DNA of 64,000 nucleotides, from IMG/VR virus record IMGVR_UViG_3300032116_000155, positions 3,461 through 67,460 of that record, one strand, 5' to 3'. Position numbers and translations under genes: made by a program. Positions 32,701-40,643 of the stretch are shown one piece after another. The DNA comes from a virus. Within the stretch, counting starts at the first letter, position 1. Each line of letters opens with the position of its first letter. The notes beneath the pieces were generated by a model. It saw only the letters and a list, made by a program, of their open reading frames with translations. It made no database searches and was not told the DNA's origin.

Positions 32701-32895
32701 AAACTAAATGATCTTATTGGTTTTTTAACATCTATATGGAACCCAGATTTTTCAAATCTTATTGAAAATAATGCAGAAGGAATTGCAATAGCTTTAATAA
32801 ATAAAAATATATACACTACGGATAAGTTATCTGAATTACAAAAAAAATGTCAAGAAGCATTAGATTTAATAAATAGTTCAAAAATTTTCCAATAA
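26773..32895 (+). CDS. very large baseplate hub protein (2040 aa)
   Basis: N-terminal VTIELQDIRG..LF and C-terminal LGNAMIQPSMYFNL...FNGTYMITSVDHSI.PGKFDTSF (hub-type motif). Follows the LysM wedge gene. Confidence 0.6.
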   Translation: MVGDDNVLVEFDYQNVVLVDPNKVVDSEGRAKERLLKHENLVYYANLECNLYPRTRLAVDSVGNVDNRTVSIAKIDYLNPSGKYYLENAYVDDLTGLNSTSETGSVNQIIEKQVNNSNQVYQETRNKVNTDLLLISRIKVETGLSLTPAVTIELQDIRGRALFEQGENSPYSIFFNYPYPLFYLTIKGYLGKAIKYQLTLRTFNASFDAGSGNFIISLSFYAFKYNVLTNLMMQYVEASPYMYKSKYLESNNGEKITYRGYQKMKEVYSEYKSKGLIDANFPEITIRELINRLSLLETYILNTFNDVDISELTNAEKYLNELVNYEKRVYVFSDSWYNTYIDQSDFYITSDGNRLYKLKKEIFENNKVSEALSILKKIIDEENDILSKNEIFGIGKKYSITNDINESDFYFFVSKESDIDWEKTYTVKTGRNDYDSDNFLDFKNINYALFLLNQNKEYVFVFDGKNRFLSKISILQNIATSKLNTIQDDLTNLLKSRLSNDKNGLGFKPTLKNVIAVILANTESFLRMMCDVHEKAWNVRNEKIRIDAILSPDKTASSVDSKDSVSTGNNNLSPVYPWPQYFVEKNEGERFILTYPGDNSVISNTKGYLYDVWPEVEFVEEYLKAKQITKDDVFNYVVGSTIVNERDGVNRITFNSIDFPNNYSIFRNKQEVKFIYEIWERVFLYSFYQRFGGDLAKNELIGLLSDLESTNIVNSLLGESPFLIQKLKNLNLNSANYIGTLYQISNLGIGESWQKFIRDIFVTDYIESETTSNFRVYDVDEIRSNVNKVNVSINYDKLTSYLKSTATNTPRFLDTYPFVINNWGSGNMSSGIFHNDVRSLYNTAYTYKVNDSTKLICNFDFNTADYIRPMTNFTYINSENPLTVLGTSQNLSSFYTQRVNDVKSQQVTEGVVSYINYSGNVSFTQTTSMLNTPYFVNSLVSDIDRWYIDDDQNPYVRSAYLFLNSLPLATLREKYKKESTDFLFNFDTDYIFASIKKFGALHKLPYAWILKYGSIWYRYKKMVNDGVDILDDVWNNFDYTKNFDPVGEDITKTYDLKLSDGTQISYGLETTSNVGATSVTNINVGFYPKLVNNFNIFYRGYELFSGYTNDAINNSLSNTSNGFTLTNVTDSLLNVSSATEIFNLNAWNCTILDSKANLEYIVPSFGSNINQVKNECINDDNTIKIPIKSNPAIYNGSVRSFWALPNYGYFDNSKVNKPSHTKYIKSVNSTSNDQSAFNLNKEELYTTIEEIFSVFDKEILDYMESEFLKFTTSRYNVQIKAIDEQTIVKTKFDALLPSPDNLYLNFQLLMTKLMSIDKLNINKTSSRLQTESISEFQFKNIVSTLRGFLDYEVVLKIGNPGNFNRRLFDSYSNGVFLEDKISFAPYSSGSINPNANPEAFKALKTNVGFSTINGIKYNNDGTGNSYIFDFFSDVNVEFSVESIETLAPLIKIYATQKALDPTYNSIKFRTDITTFINEQSAFNSLLLDQVMTKARTKLPNISGVSDSSKPSELEGEQTKLELWELFKGINDTWIAGYDYTQTTFLEDVLLLDRGNRNISDEAFIDPLKVKNLFTNVNPKASVYVYLETLIRDHNFNVMMHPGYVNYYNVQTVTKNSTPRFENTLEFGNTLFGTFLNVDTRESSPKLVCIYNAVPSQHPDIKGTGDNDFYKFKSDTFGLTRSNNNPILDPLTNKIDWGLSNRVVGFNVDIGIRNQNVFYNFNVSQNLGKATSESIVQETNMIEQANGKFFATQNVSLFEFYKSRSYECSVTSLGNAMIQPSMYFNLKHVPMFNGTYMITSVDHSIVPGKFDTSFKGIRQSMFSYPKEYETYIQTITKRMFSEITSKFKNNTSSANNTPNNDPNKISKIDPTQNCSSSLNSAYSTYTFGNISNSTINVKDLGSIIASNTTNPVSRNLCFVSCYVNTFSTTSNAFVSSNNNYANILLNRSWGSGLSNFFDKTYICGIKNDVSIPLASFGKLNDLIGFLTSIWNPDFSNLIENNAEGIAIALINKNIYTTDKLSELQKKCQEALDLINSSKIFQ

Positions 32896-32923
32896 ATAAT
32901 ATATTTATATAATAAAGAAAATT

Positions 32924-33151
32924 ATGAGCGATTTAAAAAATAGTTTGGATGCATATCTAGGTAAGAAAGGTAGATATACCGAAAAAAATACTGGTGACGG
33001 ATATACTGAAGTTTGCGACTTAGATAACAATGAGTGCTATAAAGTCAGCATGAGAGATGGTTTAATTGAACGTGTTGATAATATCAAGCAGTCAAATAAA
33101 AAAATAAAAGTTGAGACAAAATCAGGATATAAACAATTATTAATAGACTAA
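32924..33151 (+). CDS. hypothetical protein (75 aa)
   Basis: ORF with TATTTAT at 32902-32908. Contains EVCDLDNNECY. Confidence 0.6.
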   Translation: MSDLKNSLDAYLGKKGRYTEKNTGDGYTEVCDLDNNECYKVSMRDGLIERVDNIKQSNKKIKVETKSGYKQLLID

Positions 33152-33155
33152 AAAA

Positions 33156-33857
33156 ATGAGTATATTAGAACGTAGTATTTTAAATGAAATTGAAAAGTTC
33201 AATAAGATTAATCAATATCTTAAAGAACAAGATGCCCTAGGCGGTATTGGAGCACCTCCAGCACCTCCGGCACCTGTTCCTGCGGGAGTAGCACCACCGC
33301 CAGCAGGTGCGGCACCAGGCACCACACCTGATGCTGCGGCAGACACACCAGGCCTTGAAGCAACACCTGTTGATGATCTCGACACAACACCAGTTAATAC
33401 TGAGACTGATCCAGATGTTGAAAAAATAGGATCTGAGGGTGATAAAGGTGACGAAGAAGATGAGGGTTCTGAAGAGTTAGATATAACAGATTTAGTTTCC
33501 GCTCAAAAAGAAATTTCTGAAAAACAGACACAATTATTTGATGAATTAACAAATCAGTTAAAAACTTTAGAAAGTAAATTATCTAACATGGATCAGTTAA
33601 TGTCTAGAATAGATAGTTTAGATGCTAAATTAGAAAAATACAGGCCTAAAACGGCACAAGAAAAATTACAATTACGTAGTTTAGACTCTGGGCCTTACAA
33701 TCAAAACTTGTCACAATATTTTCAAGACAAAATGCCTGATTTAGAAAAAGCGGGTAAAAATGAATACGTGTTAACAACTGATGATGTAGAAGATTTTTCA
33801 ATGTCTGATGTTAAAGATAGCTTTGACTTAGAAAAACCAAAGAATTTTGGGCTTTAA
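33156..33857 (+). CDS. acidic Pro/Ala-rich coiled-coil protein, possible prohead core/internal protein
   Basis: Leader with ILE/LNE/LKE, PPAP low-complexity block, acidic linker, heptad coiled coil. Confidence 0.5.
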   Translation: MSILERSILNEIEKFNKINQYLKEQDALGGIGAPPAPPAPVPAGVAPPPAGAAPGTTPDAAADTPGLEATPVDDLDTTPVNTETDPDVEKIGSEGDKGDEEDEGSEELDITDLVSAQKEISEKQTQLFDELTNQLKTLESKLSNMDQLMSRIDSLDAKLEKYRPKTAQEKLQLRSLDSGPYNQNLSQYFQDKMPDLEKAGKNEYVLTTDDVEDFSMSDVKDSFDLEKPKNFGL

Positions 33858-33886
33858 TTTTATTTAAAAATGAAGACTGTTTTGAT

Positions 33887-33915
33887 TTGACATATTGATT
33901 TTGGTGGCGTATTAT
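33887..33915 (+). promoter_or_regulatory. host-RNAP promoter for the replication block
   Basis: TTGACA, 17 nt, TATTAT. It can also be read as a Bacteroidota-type TTTG-20nt-TATTATTG. Confidence 0.65.
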
Positions 33916-33950
33916 TGAGTACATTTAACGTTTAAAACAACATACACAAT

Positions 33951-34790
33951 ATGAGCTCAATTCTAGACGCGATTTACGATCAGTACGAAAAATCAAAACA
34001 GTCAAAAAATTCTTCACAATTTAAAATGAGTCAAGAGGAAAGGATGAAAAAGTATTTTACTGCCATCCTACCAGAAAATCAAAGATCAGCACAAAAAAGG
34101 ATTAGAATTCTCCCAACAAAAGACGGAAAATCACCGTTTGTTGAGGCTTGGTTCCATGAAATACTCCAAGATGGAAAGTACGTAAAACTTTATGATCCAG
34201 GTAAAAATGATAATGAAAGATCACCACTCAATGAGGTTTATAACGATCTTATATCTACTGGTAAGCAATCAGATAAAGAGCTTGCTAACGAATATAAATC
34301 TCGTAAATTTTACGTTGTAAAAGTTATAGATAGGGACCATCCTGAGGATGGTGTAAAGTTTTGGAGGTTCAAACACAATTACAAAGGCGAAGGTCCTTAC
34401 GATAAAATTATCCCTATTTTTAAAGCAAAAGGTGATATTACTGATCCTGATAAAGGACGCGACCTTATAATCGAGCTTGCAAAAGCAAAAACTAGTAAGA
34501 ATAAGGATTATACTTACATTCAAACAATCATGTTTGATGACCCATCACCACTTAGTGATAACAAAGAAACATCGGACTCATGGATTACAGATGAGCTGAC
34601 ATGGAAAGATGTTTATAGTCGAAAACCTGAAGAGTACCTAGATGCTATTTCTAGGGGCGAAAAACCAAGATGGGACTCTGAACAGAACAAATTCGTTTAC
34701 GGTGATACATCTGAAGATACTGTTGTTGGCGGTGCAAAGTATCCTGATCCTCAGTCTGATTCTTACGCAGACGATGACATGCCGTTCTAA
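33951..34790 (+). CDS. single-stranded DNA-binding protein (gp32-like)
   Basis: RIRILP, PFVEAWFH, VIDRD...GVKFW, DITDPDKGRDL, acidic DDDMPF end. First gene of the replication block. Confidence 0.8.
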   Translation: MSSILDAIYDQYEKSKQSKNSSQFKMSQEERMKKYFTAILPENQRSAQKRIRILPTKDGKSPFVEAWFHEILQDGKYVKLYDPGKNDNERSPLNEVYNDLISTGKQSDKELANEYKSRKFYVVKVIDRDHPEDGVKFWRFKHNYKGEGPYDKIIPIFKAKGDITDPDKGRDLIIELAKAKTSKNKDYTYIQTIMFDDPSPLSDNKETSDSWITDELTWKDVYSRKPEEYLDAISRGEKPRWDSEQNKFVYGDTSEDTVVGGAKYPDPQSDSYADDDMPF

Positions 34791-34804
34791 TAGATAATTA
34801 ATCA

Positions 34805-34831
34805 GTTGTGGCGATAAATTATCGCCACAAC
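34805..34831 (+). terminator. strong hairpin after SSB (terminator or mRNA stabiliser)
   Basis: GTTGTGGCGATA-AAT-TATCGCCACAAC, a perfect 12-bp stem with only a weak T tail. Confidence 0.65.
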
Positions 34832-34863
34832 ATTAATTTTATCAAAACAAAAATTTACTAATT

Positions 34864-35853
34864 ATGGCTATAAAAAAGAAAGAAATAACCCTTGACACAA
34901 TCAGGGATAAATACTCTACTAAAACTAAATATAAGCCTATTGACTACTATTATTGTGGCGAGGCTTTCCACAATGCATGTGGCCTTCCTGGACCTGTTAT
35001 GGGCGGTATAAACATGTTTCTTGGGCATACCAACACATCAAAAACAACTGCTATGATTCTTTCTGCGGTGGACGCACAATCTAAAGGTGATCTGCCGGTC
35101 TTTATTATAACAGAAAAGAAATGGAGTTGGGAACACGCTGTTGAACTAGGGCTGAAAGCGACAAAGACAGATGATGGCCAATGGGTGGGAGACTTCATTT
35201 TTAATGATAGTTTTGATTATATTGAACAAATAACAGAATATATTAATGAACTAATTGATGCTCAAGAAAAAGATCAAATACCATATTCTTTACTATTTCT
35301 TTGGGATAGTATTGGGTCTATACCATGTAAAATGACTTACGATGGTAAGGGAGGTAAACAGCATACTGCCTCAGTACTTTCAGATAAAATTGGTATGGGG
35401 CTACATTCCAGAATTTCAAAAAGTAAAAAAGAAGATTACCCTTACTATACAACGTTGGTCATCGTAAACCAACCTTGGGTCATGTTGCCAGACAATCCTA
35501 TGGGTCAACCGGAGATTAAAGCCAAAGGCGGTGAGGCAACATGGTTGGCATCTTCCCTTGTATTCTTGTTCGGAAGTCAAAAGAAAAGTGGTATTAATCA
35601 TATTACAGCAACAAAAAATGGTCGCACAGTTTCATATGCTATTAGAACAAAAATTTCTGTAATTAAAAACCACGTTAACGGGTTAGGGTTTAAAGATGGT
35701 AAAATAATTGCGGTACCACAAGGTTACATTGAAGATACAAAAGAAGCCCTGGATACCTATAAAAAACAATATTCCCAGTACTGGAATGCTATTCTTAGCG
35801 GGACTGGTGAACTTGAACTAAACGAAGTAGATTCTGAAGATATATTAGATTAA
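34864..35853 (+). CDS. RecA/UvsX-like recombinase
   Basis: Walker A variant GHTNTSKTT, IITE, LWDSIGS (Walker B), VNQ, KGG, KNHV. Confidence 0.85.
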   Translation: MAIKKKEITLDTIRDKYSTKTKYKPIDYYYCGEAFHNACGLPGPVMGGINMFLGHTNTSKTTAMILSAVDAQSKGDLPVFIITEKKWSWEHAVELGLKATKTDDGQWVGDFIFNDSFDYIEQITEYINELIDAQEKDQIPYSLLFLWDSIGSIPCKMTYDGKGGKQHTASVLSDKIGMGLHSRISKSKKEDYPYYTTLVIVNQPWVMLPDNPMGQPEIKAKGGEATWLASSLVFLFGSQKKSGINHITATKNGRTVSYAIRTKISVIKNHVNGLGFKDGKIIAVPQGYIEDTKEALDTYKKQYSQYWNAILSGTGELELNEVDSEDILD

Positions 35854-35857
35854 AGTT

Positions 35858-36796
35858 ATGATAACATTATTAAATGAAAGGTTTACAGATAATGAAGATG
35901 GTGCAAAGATCCATTTTTATTATAATGGAGATCCTATTTATGCACAATCTTTATGGGTTGATTGTGCGACAGGCATGACAATTATTGCAAATAATTGGGA
36001 ATTATCTGAGGGTTATTTTTATTGGATAGGAATACCTCCTAAGTTTTCAAATAACTTGCAAGATACTAAACTTATTTTTAATAAAAATCTTGGTGAGTTT
36101 AAAATAAAATTGGGCGGCAAAAGTAGGCCTATGTTTTATTGTGATGAAAAATTACAAATTAAATATTTAAGTGATGATGAAACTTTTGGGACTTATTATG
36201 AAGTAATCTTATCTGAAATATATAATTTTGGAAATGTTAAAATACAACCTAATGACATAGTATTAGATATTGGTGCAAACTATGGGTTATTTTCTTTGTA
36301 TGCTTCGAGTAGGAGTGCTAACAAAATTTATTCATTTGAACCATCGATTCCTGTTTATAATTTACTTGTTGAAAACGTGAGTATTAATAATAATATTATA
36401 CCAATTAATAAGGCTGTTAGCGAATTCGACGGTTATGCTGAATTTAATAATACTAAAACAACAGCATGTTCATATGTGTCAGGTACATTCCCTTCAGATG
36501 AACAAATAATTAGTAAAAGCAACGTCGAAACAATAAACATAAATACTATTTTTTCAAGCTATAGCCTTGATTTTGTTGATTTTGCTAAGATAGATTGCGA
36601 GGGTTCTGAATTAGATATATTCTTAACAATTACCGATGAAAATCTTAACAAGATTAATAAATTCGTTATAGAATATCATACACAAAGTATTGGTCAATTT
36701 ATTTTATCAAAATTGGTTAAAAATGGATTTAAAATTGAATCTTCAAACGAGATATCAAACAATACAGGTCTAATATATGCGTACAAAAAAAACTAA
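35858..36796 (+). CDS. FkbM-family SAM methyltransferase with N-terminal extra domain
   Basis: VLDIGANYGLFS, YSFEP, NKAV, KIDCEGSE, IEYH. Confidence 0.9.
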   Translation: MITLLNERFTDNEDGAKIHFYYNGDPIYAQSLWVDCATGMTIIANNWELSEGYFYWIGIPPKFSNNLQDTKLIFNKNLGEFKIKLGGKSRPMFYCDEKLQIKYLSDDETFGTYYEVILSEIYNFGNVKIQPNDIVLDIGANYGLFSLYASSRSANKIYSFEPSIPVYNLLVENVSINNNIIPINKAVSEFDGYAEFNNTKTTACSYVSGTFPSDEQIISKSNVETININTIFSSYSLDFVDFAKIDCEGSELDIFLTITDENLNKINKFVIEYHTQSIGQFILSKLVKNGFKIESSNEISNNTGLIYAYKKN

Positions 36797-37796
36797 GAGT
36801 TTATTGGTTGATGGTAATAATTTGATGAAGATAGGTTTTCATGGTATGAAGGCCTATCTTCATAATAATGAGAATATTGGAGGTATATGGTATTTTATAA
36901 GTACACTAAGAACGTTTTTAGAGCAGTATAACTATGACAAGGTTATTGTCTTTTGGGATGGCCATGAAAGTTGGAAAAAACGAAGGTTGATATATGCGAA
37001 TTATAAGTTAAATAGGGGCGGGTCTATAGTCCCGGAAGATGAACATGTCTTTTATAGTCAGTGCAATAGAGTCAAGCAATATTTAGAGGAAATATATGTT
37101 AGGCAAATAATTTCTGATAATTGCGAAGCTGATGACTTAATAGCATATTATTGCAAGGTATCTGAAAATGAGACAAAAACAATAATATCTTCAGATAGTG
37201 ATCTACAACAATTAGTTTCAGAAGATGTACAAGTTTACGCTCCTATGCATAAAAAAATGTATGGATATGGTGATAAATATAAAATATCGGACGTGTTATT
37301 ACCTAACTTTAATATAAAGACATTTAAGATAATTTGTGGTGATGTTCGAGATAATATTGATGGGATATCATCTTTAGGGGTTAAAACTTTAATAAAATTA
37401 TTTCCAGAACTACTTGAAAGGAAGGTAGAAATTGACGATATATTGGTAAGAGCTGACGAGTTGTTAAAAGAAAATAAATCATCAATTGTTCTTAAAAATA
37501 TCTTAACAGGTAAAACTAAAACAGGAATTTACGGGGATGAATTTTATCTTATTAACAACAAAATAATTAATTTAGATGAACCTCTTTTAGATGATGACGT
37601 TAAGGGTATTATATTTGAACATTATTCTGACAACTTAGATCCTGAAGGTAGAGATCATAAAAAATTAATGAAAATGATGATTGATGATGGAATCTTTAAA
37701 TTACTACCTAAAGCTGATGACGCTTGGGTAAATTTTTTCAAACCTTTTTTAAAACTTTCACGAAAAGAAAAACAAAAATTTAATAAAAAAAATTAA
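36777..37796 (+). CDS. 5'-3' exonuclease / flap nuclease (T4 RNase H-like)
   Basis: LLVDGNN, FWDG, YKLNR, EADDLIA, SSDSDLQQL, GDVRDNIDGISSLGVKT. Confidence 0.93.
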   Translation: MRTKKTKSLLVDGNNLMKIGFHGMKAYLHNNENIGGIWYFISTLRTFLEQYNYDKVIVFWDGHESWKKRRLIYANYKLNRGGSIVPEDEHVFYSQCNRVKQYLEEIYVRQIISDNCEADDLIAYYCKVSENETKTIISSDSDLQQLVSEDVQVYAPMHKKMYGYGDKYKISDVLLPNFNIKTFKIICGDVRDNIDGISSLGVKTLIKLFPELLERKVEIDDILVRADELLKENKSSIVLKNILTGKTKTGIYGDEFYLINNKIINLDEPLLDDDVKGIIFEHYSDNLDPEGRDHKKLMKMMIDDGIFKLLPKADDAWVNFFKPFLKLSRKEKQKFNKKN

Positions 37797-37801
37797 GAAA
37801 A

Positions 37802-38260
37802 ATGAAAGAACAAGAAACAGTTAAAGTAGAGTTTTTGCTGAAACTAAACAGTAGTATTATCGTTCAAAGATTTTTTAATGTTAGAGGGTATAACCCAGAT
37901 GCTAAAAACTCTATGAATCTTTATGATTACATTAAAAATGTAAAAGAGAGTATAGAGTATGATCTAAAAATGAAAACTGTTGAGTATCTACTTGAAAATT
38001 CGGATGCAATTATAGATGATCCGGAAATTCTTAATACGTCCATGACCGACGAAGATGAGTATTTTAATCTGTACATCAAGATTGACGATAAAGTTATTTC
38101 TCATAGGCAGTTTAATGCAAAACTTTATCCACCAAAAGTTAGGTATACGGTTGACCTTAGGCCTTTGCTGAAAAATATTATGAGCGGATTTTCAACTATA
38201 TTTTCTGAAGGTAATGAAAAATTAAATTACAATTATCTTGGTTATAATCTTATGGTTTAA
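37802..38260 (+). CDS. hypothetical protein
   Basis: 152 aa ORF between exonuclease and helicase. No motif recognised. Confidence 0.65.
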   Translation: MKEQETVKVEFLLKLNSSIIVQRFFNVRGYNPDAKNSMNLYDYIKNVKESIEYDLKMKTVEYLLENSDAIIDDPEILNTSMTDEDEYFNLYIKIDDKVISHRQFNAKLYPPKVRYTVDLRPLLKNIMSGFSTIFSEGNEKLNYNYLGYNLMV

Positions 38261-38286
38261 TATTTATAATCGCTAAGCCAAAAAAT

Positions 38287-39666
38287 ATGGGATCAGATAA
38301 AAATTTTAATTACTTAGGTGAAAATTTCCAATTACAATTATTAAATCAAGTCATAATAGACAAAGAATTTTCTAGAACAATTTTAGATGTCATTGATATA
38401 AATTATTTTGAAAACAGGTATTTCAAAATAATCATACAAATGATTAAAGAGTATTACGGTAAATACGAGACTAGTCCTTCATTTGAAACTTTAGGCCAAA
38501 TCGTAAGATCTGAAATTGATCAAGAATTGTTTGTTAAAATGATTATTGATACACTAGAAAAAATCCGTGATATAAACCAGGACGGGGTTTTGTTTGTGCA
38601 AGAAAAGTCATTAAAATTTTGCAAGCAACAAGAGCTACAAAAAGCGATGAGTAAAGCTCAGAAAATTATTGATTCAGGTGAGTTTGAAAATTATGATAAA
38701 GTTGAAGAATTGGTTATTAAAGCGTTACAAGTTGGGGAAATAAACCGGGGTGTTGAAGATGTGTTTTACAATTTGGACGAAGTGTTGAATGACGATTTTA
38801 GGCATCCTGTGCCTATGGGTATACCCGGCCTTGATAGGCTCTTAAAGGGAGGTTTGGCTAAGGGAGAAATTGGTGTTATATTGGCACCAACAGGCGTTGG
38901 TAAATCAACGTTTCTTACTAAAATTGCGAATCACGCATTTAATTTAGGATATAATGTGCTTCAAATATTTTTTGAAGATAACCCTAAAATTATTCAGAGG
39001 AAACACTTTACGCTATGGACCGGTATATCACCTGATCAATTATCAGAAAGAAAAGATGAAGTTATGGCCAAAATTGCAGATATTAAGGAAAAGATGCCAA
39101 ACAAACTTATTCTCAAGAAGCTACCATCCGACACAGTTACTATGCTTCAGATTAAAAATCAAATTCGAAAGATGATATCCGAAGGCACTAATATAGATAT
39201 AGTCCTTTTAGATTACATTGATTGTGTTGTACCTGATAAAAATCTAGGTGATGAGTGGAAGAGTGAAGGCTCTGTTATTAGAGCTTTTGAAGCTATGTGC
39301 CACGAGTTAAGTTTGGTTGGTTGGACAGCGACACAAGGTAATCGATCATCAATCTCGTCAGAAGTAGTTACAACAGATCAGATGGGGGGGTCAATTAAGA
39401 AAGCTCAGGTTGGGCACGTTATTATCTCTGTAGCAAAAACTTTGCAACAAAAAGAGGCTAAACTTGCTACAGTTGCAGTAACAAAATCTAGGATTGGTAG
39501 CGATGGCGTTATTTTTGAAAATTGCTTGTTTGATAATGAGTTGCTTCAAATTGACACCGAATCGTCAATGACATTCTTGGGCTTTGAAGAGCAGAAAGAA
39601 AAGGAGCAAAGGAATCGTGTGTTAGAATTAATTAATAAAAGAAAAGAAAAAAGCACTCAAATATAA
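38287..39666 (+). CDS. DnaB-like replicative helicase (gp41-like)
   Basis: [29 protein letters not shown]. Confidence 0.92.
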   Translation: MGSDKNFNYLGENFQLQLLNQVIIDKEFSRTILDVIDINYFENRYFKIIIQMIKEYYGKYETSPSFETLGQIVRSEIDQELFVKMIIDTLEKIRDINQDGVLFVQEKSLKFCKQQELQKAMSKAQKIIDSGEFENYDKVEELVIKALQVGEINRGVEDVFYNLDEVLNDDFRHPVPMGIPGLDRLLKGGLAKGEIGVILAPTGVGKSTFLTKIANHAFNLGYNVLQIFFEDNPKIIQRKHFTLWTGISPDQLSERKDEVMAKIADIKEKMPNKLILKKLPSDTVTMLQIKNQIRKMISEGTNIDIVLLDYIDCVVPDKNLGDEWKSEGSVIRAFEAMCHELSLVGWTATQGNRSSISSEVVTTDQMGGSIKKAQVGHVIISVAKTLQQKEAKLATVAVTKSRIGSDGVIFENCLFDNELLQIDTESSMTFLGFEEQKEKEQRNRVLELINKRKEKSTQI

Positions 39667-40625
39667 TGAATATGAAAGAAGAAAAGATACTAAAAGAGAA
39701 CCCTAATAGGTTCGTTATTTTCCCAATTGAACACAACGACATTTGGGAGTTTTATACAACACACCAAGCAGCATTTTGGACTGCTGAAGAAGTTGATCTA
39801 TCAGAAGATCTGCGTGACTGGGCGTCACTAAATGATAATGAAAGATTTTTCCTAAAGAATGTGCTATCATTTTTTGCCGCATCTGATGGTATAGTTAATG
39901 AAAATTTGGCTGAGAATTTTTACCGAGAGGTTCAATATCCGGAGGCTAAGTTTTTCTATGGAATGCAAATTGCTATGGAAAATATTCATAGTCTTATGTA
40001 TTCTCTTCTAATTGATACTTACGTATCGAATCCTGAAGAAAAACATGTTTGTTTTACAGCTATTGACAACTTACCGGCTGTACAGAAAAAAGCAAAATGG
40101 GCTTTGGATTGGATTAAAAACGCCTCTTTTCAAGAAAGATTAGTAGCATTTGCTGCGGTTGAAGGCATTTTCTTTTCCGGGTCATTTTGTTCGATTTTTT
40201 GGTTGAAATCAAGAGGTATTATGCCAGGACTGAGTAAAGCGAACACTCTTATTTTTAAAGACGAAAATTTGCATTGTGATTTTGCAATTCACATTCAGAA
40301 TAATCACCTTGAAAATAAAGTTCCTGAGGCTAGGATTCGTGAAATACTTTTGTCAGCACTTGAGATTGAAAAAGAATTTATCACAGAATCTCTTCCAGTT
40401 TCGCTAATTGGTATGAATCAAACTCTAATGAAACAATATCTTGAATTTGTTGTTGATGGTCTTTTAGTTAAGTTTAACTGTAAAAAAGAATTTAACGTGA
40501 CACAGCCATTTAAATTCATGGAGCAAATTGCTCTGGAAACCAAAGGTAACTTTTTTGAAAGCCGTACAGTTGAATACCAGAAAGCAAAGCTTAATGAGAA
40601 GATCACATTTACTGATGAATTTTAA
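39666..40625 (+). CDS. nrdB: class Ia ribonucleotide reductase beta subunit
   Basis: [46 protein letters not shown], acidic C-terminus. Confidence 0.97.
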   Translation: MNMKEEKILKENPNRFVIFPIEHNDIWEFYTTHQAAFWTAEEVDLSEDLRDWASLNDNERFFLKNVLSFFAASDGIVNENLAENFYREVQYPEAKFFYGMQIAMENIHSLMYSLLIDTYVSNPEEKHVCFTAIDNLPAVQKKAKWALDWIKNASFQERLVAFAAVEGIFFSGSFCSIFWLKSRGIMPGLSKANTLIFKDENLHCDFAIHIQNNHLENKVPEARIREILLSALEIEKEFITESLPVSLIGMNQTLMKQYLEFVVDGLLVKFNCKKEFNVTQPFKFMEQIALETKGNFFESRTVEYQKAKLNEKITFTDEF

Positions 40626-40643
40626 TAAAAAAAACGGAAAAAT

